From Piromyces finnis finn (taxonomy: Eukaryota; Fungi; Neocallimastigomycota), in the NCBI GenBank assembly GCA_002104945.1, contig MCFH01000136.1, forward strand, positions 1 through 29,026: a DNA stretch of 29,026 bases. Reading direction: 5' to 3'. Within the stretch, counting starts at the first letter, position 1. Each line of letters starts with the position of its first letter. The position numbers and the translations under genes are program-made. The notes beneath the pieces are model-generated. The model saw only the letters and a program-made list of their open reading frames with translations, was not told the origin of the DNA and made no database searches. Positions 19,503-29,026 of the stretch are shown here, in pieces.

Positions 19503-22500
19503 TTACGCAAAAGCAGAGTTAAACTTTACAATATTCTTAAGATGAACATTTCGGTTCATCTGAATTCCAGTGGATATATCAGCTAAAGTAACAGTATTGA
19601 ATTGTTTCTTGACAACTTTGAGTGGTCCAACGAAATAAGGCTCTAACTTCGTTCGATTAAAATTTCTAACTAATACTAGATCACCGATATGGATATTTTT
19701 GCCCTTAGTCATACTTTGTTTTTCTTCCCTTCTAGTAGCCCAGTATTTATTCGCATTTTTAATATTTTCACAAGCTTCCAACGTCCACCTGTAATGATTA
19801 ATAAACTTCTCAAGTAAGATTTCATCCGAAGACTGATTAATACCCTTAGTAGGTCTGGCGGCAATATCAAAGGGTTGCTGATCTTCTCTTCCATAAACCA
19901 ATTCAAAACTAGAATGGTTTGTGACAGTATTTTTAGTAGTTCTGAGCGCCCAAAGAGCAGAAGGCAAAATTTCATCCCAATCCTTGTTTTCTTTTCCAAG
20001 CAGTCTTAGAAGCTTTCCAATTTCTTTGTTTCTATTTTCAGTCAAACCATTACTTTCAGGATGATAAGTTGAGACAAACTTGACATAGACATCATATAAG
20101 TCCAGGAAAACTTTGGTCATATCTGAGGTAAATTGGACACCGTTATCGGTTGTAATGACTTGTGGTACTCCATGCCGAGAGAAAACATTGATTAAAAATT
20201 TTATGACATCCTTTGAAGTGATATTTTCGGTGGGTTCTGCTTCGACCCATTTTGTGAAATGATCCACTGCAACTATAATATATTGGTTATTGTTACGAGT
20301 TTTTACCAATGGACCAATGATATCTAAACCCAGATGAGTGAAAGGAGCTTCAACCTCAGTTGGAAGATTTTCCGTAGGTTCTGGATATGGTTGAGGGCGA
20401 TTAAGTTGGCATTTTTCACATTTGGCTACAACTCTTCGAATATCATTAACCATGTCGTTCCAATAATAGCTTTTTCTCAGACGTTGATAAGTTTTATAAT
20501 ATCCTTCATGTCCAATGTTATGAGCTTCCAAAATCAATTTCAGCTTTTCATTGGTTTCCGTGATCAGTTTTCGATAATTCCTTCCATCAATAAAGTAATC
20601 CACCCCACTATTTTGGTGAACTTTTCTTCAACAAATTCTTTAATTACCTTAGATAGCATGGTTTCTTCTATACCTTTATTAATTTTAGTAGCTAACACTT
20701 CCTTATCTTTGTCATTTCTCATTCGAGACAGTGCATCTGCTACAACATTCTTTTTACCTTGTTCATAACGAATATCAACTCCTAGCATACTAGCTGTTAA
20801 ACACCATCTTGTTTGTCTTGCATTGTTTGGCTCCTTATTTTTAAATAATCCAATTAATGGTTTATGATCAGTATAGACGATAGTCTTGAATGGACTTCCC
20901 ATTATATAAGGCTTTAATTTAGTAATGCAGTAAAATAAGGCAGTCCCTTCCAAGTCAGTAATTCCATAATTTTTTTCTGCTTTCGTCAGACTTCGGCTAA
21001 TATAATGAATTGGATGTTCAATATCTGTGCCTTCCTTTTGTAATAATACTCCTCCGATTCCTTCATACGATGCATCTGTTCGGATTATAAATTCTTTCTC
21101 AAAATCAGGGAATTTCAGAATAGGCGCATTAATTAACTTTTCTTTCAATATAATAAAACTCTCTTGTTGTTCATTACACCATTTGAAAGGAACACCTTTT
21201 CTAAGCAGCTTACACAAGGGAGCAGTAAGTTTAGCATAATTAGGAATAAAATCTCTATAATATCCAATTGAACCTAGGAATGATCTTAATTCATGGATAT
21301 TCGAAGGAGGTTTCCAATTTTTTATAGCTTGGATTTTGTTATCTAATGGTTTAAGACCTTCTGTAGTTAAACGATGGCCTAACACGTCAACTTCAGTTTG
21401 CATAAAATGACATTTTTCAATATTGATTTTTAGTTTGTTTTCCCGGAAAATTGCTAAAACTTGATTTATATGTTCAATATGTTCTTCAATACTCTTGAAT
21501 AGATCAGAATATCATCAATGAAGTTATAAACACACTTTCCAATTAACGGAAACAGAATCCGATTCATCTCCCTCTGAAATGTAGCGGGTGCTCCAGTGAG
21601 ACCAAAAGGCATAACCTTGAATTGGTAATTTCCAAACTTAGTTGTAAAACTTGTCAATTCAACGCTTTCTTCATCCATAAGGATTTGATGATAGCCGGAA
21701 TATAAGTCCATAGTAGTGAATATAGTTGCACCATGTAAACTATCAAATATCTCATCTATAAAAGGAATTGAATAGGCATCCTTTTCAGACAAATCATTAA
21801 CTCTTCGATAGTCCACGCACATTCTCCATTTCCCATTATGCTTCGGGACCAAAACCACCGGAGAAGACCATTCCGAGTACGATGGCTCAATTAGCTTTTT
21901 ATTAATCAATTTAGACAATTCTTCCTTAAGTATATCAGATTTGAACTTGGCTAACCTATATGATCTTTGTTTAATTGGCTTTGCTCCTGGCTTTAAATTA
22001 ATCTTATGGGAGTTAAATTCGAAGGTGTTAGTTCTTCAGAAGAAGTAGCAATAATTTCAATATTCTCTTCCAATATCCGAACAATTTGTTCTCGATACTT
22101 TCATTAAGAGTCTCAGTAAAATTTTATTGTGAATATATTCTGAAGGTGGTAAACCTTCAATATTTTCAAATCACTTTTAAAATCTTCATCACCGACTCTA
22201 CGTATCATACACATAATCTTTTCTTCATCATCATATTTGTTATTAATTGGAGCAATATCTTCAATAAATCCATTTGAATTAAATCTGCAAAGACTATAGC
22301 GAAGTGGTGGATAATAAGTTGTTATCCATTTGGGTTTTCAAATTAATTAACATATCATAAAAGGGGTCTTCTTTATCCACCACTCTAAAATCAGCAGTGA
22401 TTGTAAGATCATTTATCTGGACCGGTACTCTAATAATTATACCTTCCGAATATCATCATTTTTAGTAGCTAAACGTATTCTTCCACAACTCAATCCAATA

Positions 22501-23533
22501 GATTCATATTGATGGGGAAGTTTATCTAAATATTTTTTGTTATAATACTTAAGTTGCTACAGGAATCAACTAATAATTTACCTGGTACCCCATCAACCGT
22601 TGCATCTACCATAGCGATATCTTCTTCTGATACTTCTTTACTTTTGCTTACATACAAATGATCTACATTATTTACTAATACCGAAGTAGCATTAAAATTC
22701 TCCAGAGCTCCCACAATTTTTGTGTTGTTCTTTTCCAGTTTAAGACCTTGTGACACTTGCGTTCGTAACTTTGGAGCCGAGTTAAGTAATTGACCAAAAG
22801 TATATTGCATTTTGTTTCGTTAAGATCTTTAACTACATTATATTCTTCCGTATCTGCTATCATTTGAATATTTCTAGCAGTTTTCTTAACCTTCGATTCT
22901 GCAGGTTTTTCTTTCTTTTGCTCTTTCATTAATTATTTAGAGTTGAATTAGAAGTAGATTTGGTTGATTCACTTGTGTTATCTTTCTCTACCACCTTAGC
23001 ACCTTTCTTATCTGTAATTGCAGACAACATTTCTTCTTCATCATAGTCGATAATAATAGGATCTTCATTAGAACTTGCCAATTCATTCTTTTCTTCTTCC
23101 TTTTGTTCACTACTACTAGCACGCTCTTTATCCCGAAGTTTCTTTCTTTTAGTTTTTGTTCTCTGATATTCGGTTGAGCAATAATAGAAGGATGCAGTTG
23201 CTTAGGAGAAACATCTATTGGTATATTTTCTAATTCTTGTGCTTTACGTTTCCTAAGAGCAGGTGTAAGAATAGGTCTAGGATCATTTTTCAAGTTTTTG
23301 TGAAGTCGTTTTTCTTTATTACCATCTTGTTCTTTGCTTATTTTATCCAACTTCCTTTTATTAGCACATACAAAGAACTGTTCATTAATATCAGTATCTT
23401 CAAAGTCACTTTCGATTTCTTCATCATATTCTTCTTTCGACCAATCACTCTGGCTTGTTGTTTCTTCACTTGGCATTGACTGATACTGAGCTGAAGCTAT
23501 TTTATTGACGATGGGAGTGCTTTCTTCTCCCAC
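19503..23533 (-). pseudogene. pol: Family C pol (charged spacer, protease, RT, RNase H, integrase), broken by single-base frameshifts
   Basis: LVDSCSN protease-like motif; RT FIDDILIYS; RNase H TDAS...TDHKPL; integrase HNIGH...CEKC, LDIIGPL, TDNGVQF, GLTENRN. No chromodomain. The frameshifts may be consensus errors. Confidence 0.9.
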
Positions 23534-24400
23534 TTAATGATTTAAATGATTATCATAATAACGCTTCTTGTTTCCTTCAATAATGGCTTGAAGTTTTGGG
23601 CAATTTTGTTGATAATGACCAGGTTCACTACAGAAGAAACAAGCTTTAATAGTTAAATTTTTCATTTTCTTGACTAGTTATTCATTTCATCATCTTTATT
23701 AGGCTTTTTGGCTTCATAAAAAGAAACTTTTCTCTTGTATGGTTGAAAATTATTATAACTTTTGGTTATTGCATAGTCATTGGTAGATTACCATCATTAT
23801 CTATTCTAGTAGATAACCTATCTACCTTCTCAGCTATCTTAAAGGCCTTTTCTAGAGTGATATCATCTTTTAAAGATACTTTTCTCCATGCTTCTTTATT
23901 ATTTTGTAAAGAATCTGCATAATCTAACACACTAATCTGCTTCTTCTTTTTCTTATCCAACTTTAAATATAAAGATCTATATCTTCTATTGAAATCTTTA
24001 ACTGATTCATTTCTTCTTATACGTAGTCTTCTTATTCCCGTAATAAATACTTTGATCTTCTTTTAACCAAAAATGTTCAAGGGCATTGATAATTTCCCAA
24101 GTGAGGGATATCTTCTTCATTAGATTCATTTTTCTGATTCTCTTTCATTTTCACTTTCATATTCATCTTCACTATCACTCTTTATCTTCCACCTTGGATT
24201 ACCTTTCTTGGTTCACCCTTAGAAGTAAGCACACATGCCATGTAAATTTTCTTGGCACTAGTGATATCTTAAGTTTCCAATCCATAAACTTATTTCAGAA
24301 GCCCAGGATCTTATGTCCAAATTATCTTTGGAAAGTTTTCTATATCCTTGAGTTCCTTCTTCAACTCCTTGAAATCTATCCTTGTAGTAGAATTGCTCAT
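23534..24400 (-). pseudogene. gag: Family C gag, left-arm copy, frameshifted
   Basis: Reverse complement of the intact gag at 27787-28668, with about 15 nt net loss in small indels. Confidence 0.88.
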
Positions 24401-24496
24401 TTTCTTGTATTTTCCTTGACCGAATTTATTGCAGTACAAGATGACACAGTATAGACTCAAAAATACCTTTGATAGTCTAAAAAAAAATTATAAGTT

Positions 24497-24561
24497 CGAA
24501 ATTCCTTTATCGACCACTTATTAGTTGTAACCAAGCTCGAAATTCCTTTATCGACCACTTG
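24497..24561. repeat. 24-bp direct repeat (2 copies) in the C leader, mirrored near 27627-27692
   Basis: TCGAAATTCCTTTATCGACCACTT occurs twice, about 41 bp apart. Confidence 0.85.
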
Positions 24562-25905
24562 ACAGAATGAGATACAAATAATCTAGCACAGCACGTACTA
24601 CCAATTATTTATTTAAATTTTAGTATCACTCCTTACTATCTTAGTTCAGTCAGAAAAGATGAAATTATTACTTTTGTTTTCTGTTTTTCTTATAGTTAAT
24701 TATTATTTGTTTTCAATTTACTAGCAAGAATTTTAATTTAATATTGTTATTACTGATTCAAGTTACCGACCAAATTATATATAATAGACTATTAACTAAG
24801 AGTCTTTCGTCCAATGGTAAATGTTGCCGTCACCTTATTCACACGATCTAAGTTCCGTCACGTGCTTCAGGATCTTTCTACCACCCCTAGTATACCTCTG
24901 TTGATTAGTTAATAAGCTTGTCTATGCTGATATAACTTGTTTAACTTAAAACAGTAAGAAAAGAATATTTCAATTAGCAATATTAAATTACTCGAAGAGA
25001 ATCAACAAAAAGAATAGATATATATATCTATATTTTTTTTTTTTTTTTTTTTTTAATTTAATTATTTTTTAAAAACTTATTTCTTTTTATAAAAATATAG
25101 GCCAACCTATATAATGTTAAACCATCAAGTATTATAGGTTGTGTAATTCTAAGTGAAAATCCCTCGTAGCTCTTTGATGATAAGCCACAAATATACCCGA
25201 TGGTTAATATTAATATAATTTAATAAAAGGAAGTAACGTAATTAATTTCTTTATTATCACTAACTTAATTAGCGGAAAGAAAATAATTGATTATCTTCCC
25301 CAATTATCAGATATAATTGAACACCAAAGTATTACGTACAGCAGTTTAACTTGCCACGCTAAGGGTCACTTTCGAATTATTTATTTATATTTTAAAAAGA
25401 ATAATTTTTAAAAATCGTTCAATTAAAAAAAAATATTTTTTTTTTTTTTTAAAAAATTATAAATACTAAAATAATATTTAATTTATTAAAAATTTGAATT
25501 ACAATAATAAGTATAGTAGAACAGCATTTCACAGCAATTTTCCAATACTTATTTAGGGTGCTTAGTAGTTCACAATTGCCCAGCTTACCGTATTACCAGT
25601 GTCATGTAGCAATTATGCGAGGCACTTCTATTTCTCTAGCAAAATAGAAAGGTTCAGCGCTTTCCAGTATCCTACTGTGAAAGATAAACTAGACCTAAAA
25701 ACTTAACCACTAATTCCTAAATAAGTACTGCTTCTAAAGCGTACTAATTCAGTTCTACTAAATATTATACCTTAAAGCTTCAACAGTAATATAAATATTA
25801 CCTATAACTTTGAAGGGTAATAAATTTTTAAGAAATTTATATAATATTTTAGTAATATTTTAATATTACTTTATCCTATGTATTAATAATTTTTATTAAT
25901 ATTAT

Positions 25906-25923
25906 TCCCCGATATCTCCACCA
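25906..25923 (-). other. Primer-binding site of C, predicted tRNA-Ala
   Basis: TGGTGGAGATATCGGGGA, 7 nt after the LTR end. Its complement gives ...AUCUCC-A-CCA with U70, consistent with the G3:U70 alanine identity pair. Confidence 0.75.
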
Positions 25924-26046
25924 ATTTTTATGTTACGGTTCGAGGAATTTACTTTTATTTATAAAATATTAATAAATTTATTAATACTCAAAAATAATAT
26001 TAAAATGAAATAAGAAAAATTGTTTTATTAAAAAATTGTTTTTTAA

Positions 26047-29026
26047 TCAAAAATAAAAGTGTATATTATAAGAATTAGAGAAATACAGATATTTTTATTT
26101 TTATTTTTATTTTATTTATATTTTATATTAATATCTTAATAAAACAATTTTATTAATAAAACAATTTTTCTTATTTCATTTTAATATTATTTTTGAGTAT
26201 TAATAAATTTATTAATATTTTATAAATAAAAGTAAATTCCTCGAACCGTAACATAAAAATTGGTGGAGATATCGGGGAATAATATTAATAAAAATTATTA
26301 ATACATAGGATAAAGTAATATTAAAATATTACTAAAATATTATATAAATTTCTTAAAAATTTATTACCCTTCAAAGTTATAGGTAATATTTATATTACTG
26401 TTGAAGCTTTAAGGTATAATATTTTAGTAGAACTGAATTAGTACGCTTTAGAAGCAGTACTTATTTAGGAATTAGTGGTTAAGTTTTTAGGTCTAGTTTA
26501 TCTTTCACAGTAGGATACTGGAAAGCGCTGAACCTTTCTATTTTGCTAGAGAAATAGAAGTGCCTCGCATAATTGCTACATGACACTGGTAATACGGTAA
26601 GCTGGGCAATTGTGAACTACTTAAGCACCCTAAATAAGTATTGGAAAATTGCTGTGAAATGCTGTTCTACTATACTTATTATTGTAATTCAAATTTTTAA
26701 TAAATTAAATATTATTTTAGTATTTATAATTTTTTAAAAAAAAAAAAAAATATTTTTTTTTTAATTGAACGATTTTTAAAAATTATTCTTTTTAAAATAT
26801 AAATAAATAATTCGAAAGTGACCCTTAGCGTGGCAAGTTAAACTGCTGTACGTAATACTTTGGTGTTCAATTATATCTGATAATTGGGGAAGATAATCAA
26901 TTATTTTCTTTCCGCTAATTAAGTTAGTGATAATAAAGAAATTAATTACGTTACTTCCTTTTATTAAATTATATTTAATATTAACCATCGGGTATATTTG
27001 TGGCTTATCATCAAAGAGCTACGAGGGATTTTCACTTAGAATTACACAACCTATAATACTTGATGGTTTAACATTATATAGGTTGGCTTATATTTTTATA
27101 AAAAGAAATAAGTTTTTAAAAAATAATTAATTAAAAAAAAAAAAAAAAAAAATATAGATATATATATCTATTCTTTTTGTTGATTCTCTTCGAGTAATTT
27201 AATATTGCTAATTGAAATATTCTTTTCTTACTGTTTTAAGTTAAACAAGTTATATCAGCATAGACAAGCATTATTAACTAATCAACAGAGGTATACTAGG
27301 GGTGGTAGAAAGATCCTGAAGCACGTGACGGAACTTAGATCGTGTGAATAAGGTGACGGCAACATTTACCATTGGACGAAAGACTCTTAGTTAATAGTCT
27401 ATTATATATAATTTGGTCGGTAACTTGAATCAGTAATAACAATATTAAATTAAAATTCTTGCTAGTAAATTGAAAACAAATAATAATTAACTATAAGAAA
27501 AACAGAAAACAAAAGTAATAATTTCATCTTTTCTGACTGAACTAAGATAGTAAGGAGTGATACTAAAAATTTAAATAAATAATTGGTAGTACGTGCTGTG
27601 CTAGATTATTTGTATCTCATTCTGTCAAGTGGTCGATAAAGGAATTTCGAGCTTGGTTACAACTAATAAGTGGTCGATAAAGGAATTTCGAACTTATAAT
27701 TTTTTTTTAGACTATCAAAGGTATTTTTGAGTCTATACTGTGTCATCTTGTACTGCAATAAATTCGGTCAAGGAAAATACAAGAAAATGAGCAATTCTAC
27801 TACAAGGATAGATTTCAAGGAGTTGAAGAAGGAACTCAAGGATATAGAAAAACTTTCCAAAGATAATTTGGACATAAGATCCTGGGCTTCTGAAATAAGT
27901 TTATGGATTGAACTTCAAGATATCACTAGTGCCAAGAAAATTTACATGGCATGTGTGCTTACTTCTAAGGGTGAACCAAGAAAGGTAATCCAAGAGTTGG
28001 AAGATAAAGACAGTGATAGTGAAGATGAATATGAAAGTGAAAATGAAGAAGAGAATCAGAAAAATGAATCTAATGAAGAAGATTATCCCTCACTTGGGAA
28101 AATTATCAATGCCCTTGAAACATTTTATGGGTTAAAAGAAGATCAAAGTATGTTATTACGGGAACTAAGAAGACTACGTATAAGAAGAAATGAATCAGTT
28201 AAAGATTTCAATAGAAGATATAGATCTTTATATTTAAAGTTGGATAAGAAAAAGAAGAAGCAGATTAGTGTGTTAGATTATGCAGATTCTTTACAAAATA
28301 ATAAAGAAGCATGGAGAAAAGTATCTTTAAAAGATGATATCACTCTAGAAAAGGCCTTTAAGATAGCTGAGAAGGTAGATAGGTTATCTACTAGAATAGA
28401 TAATGATGGTAATCTACCAACGACTACTGCAATAACCAAAAGTTATAATAATTTTCAACCATACAAGAGAAAAGTTTCTTTTACTGAAGCCAAAAAGCCT
28501 AATAAAGATGATGAAATGAATAACCTAGTCAAGAAAATGAAAAATTTAACTATTAAAGCTTGTTTCTTCTGTAGTGAACCTGGTCATTATCAACAAAATT
28601 GCCCAAAACTTCAAGCCATTATTGAAGGAAACAAGAAGCGTTATTATGATAATCATTTAAATCATTAAGTGGGAGAAGAAGCACTCCCATCGTCAATAAA
28701 ATAGCTTCAGCTCAGTATCAGTCAATGCCAAGTGAAGAAACAACAAGCCAGAGTGATTGGTCGAAAGAAGAATATGATGAAGAAATCGAAAGTGACTTTG
28801 AAGATACTGATATTAATGAACAGTTCTTTGTATGTGCTAATAAAAGGAAGTTGGATAAAATAAGCAAAGAACAAGATGTAATAAAGAAAAACGACTTCAC
28901 AAAAACTTGAAAAATGATCCTAGACCTATTCTTACACCTGCTCTTAGGAAACGTAAAGCACAAGAATTAGAAAATATACCAATAGATGTTTCTCCTAAGC
29001 AACTGCATCCTTCTATTATTGCTCAA
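26047..29026 (+). mobile_element. Inverted copy of the 5' part of C (partial LTR to 26253, PBS 26261-26278, leader, gag, start of pol)
   Basis: Reverse complement of ~23174-26046; runs off the window end. Confidence 0.9.
27787..28668 (+). CDS. gag: Family C Gag with a C-terminal CCHC zinc knuckle
   Basis: ATG at 27787 (MSNSTTRIDF; the ORF track starts at TTG 27727), 293 aa, CFFCSEPGHYQQNC, ends in TAA. Confidence 0.88.
   Translation: MSNSTTRIDFKELKKELKDIEKLSKDNLDIRSWASEISLWIELQDITSAKKIYMACVLTSKGEPRKVIQELEDKDSDSEDEYESENEEENQKNESNEEDYPSLGKIINALETFYGLKEDQSMLLRELRRLRIRRNESVKDFNRRYRSLYLKLDKKKKKQISVLDYADSLQNNKEAWRKVSLKDDITLEKAFKIAEKVDRLSTRIDNDGNLPTTTAITKSYNNFQPYKRKVSFTEAKKPNKDDEMNNLVKKMKNLTIKACFFCSEPGHYQQNCPKLQAIIEGNKKRYYDNHLNH

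Larger units (their letters stand above)
18772..26046 (-). mobile_element. Ty3/Gypsy element, family C; 5' LTR truncated at a foldback
   Basis: 3' LTR, PPT, IN-RH-RT-PR-gag reading leftwards, long leader, tRNA PBS and partial 5' LTR (25931-~26046). Confidence 0.93.

Noticed and set aside
19503-24400. Programmed frameshifts or true pseudogenisation explaining the broken frames in C (and B)
   Set aside because: The breaks are numerous 1-nt indels, often in homopolymers, and differ between near-identical arms. Consensus error is an equally good or better explanation.
26776-27130. Short ORFs in the C leader (26776-26988, 26927-27130) and at 13417-13620
   Set aside because: Low-complexity AT-derived peptides with no motifs.
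27300-27400. Hammerhead or other ribozyme in the C leader
   Set aside because: No CUGANGA core in register with GAAA and flanking stems was found by eye.
1-29026. Host genes, tRNA or rRNA genes, mitochondrial sequence
   Set aside because: Nearly all sequence except ~462-960 is assigned to repeats. No cloverleaf, rRNA motif or non-retroelement protein motif was recognised.

Overview
Extremely AT-rich eukaryotic DNA. The composition and element types are compatible with an anaerobic gut fungus (Neocallimastigomycota), but that is inference only. I find no host gene: the window is almost entirely a nest of Ty3/Gypsy LTR retrotransposons and solo-LTR-like units. Three families carry coding sequence. 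Family A is a near-intact chromovirus on the minus strand (5805-12397) with a single gag-pol frame, two in-frame stops and an apparent Tf1-type self-priming site. Family B is a pol 3' fragment with a chromodomain, lying between two inverted LTRs (12398-15649). Family C has a tRNA-Ala PBS and a gag ending in TAA followed in frame by pol (18772-26046); an inverted copy of it runs to the window end. The most striking structure is the junction pattern: many separate insertions, most confirmable by 4-5 bp target-site duplications (TSDs), sit within 0-10 bp of other LTR termini or at the same site twice. Single-base indels are frequent in B and C, so some frameshifts and the terminal palindrome may be sequencing or assembly artefacts. 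Family letters A-H are my own labels. All alignments were done by eye.
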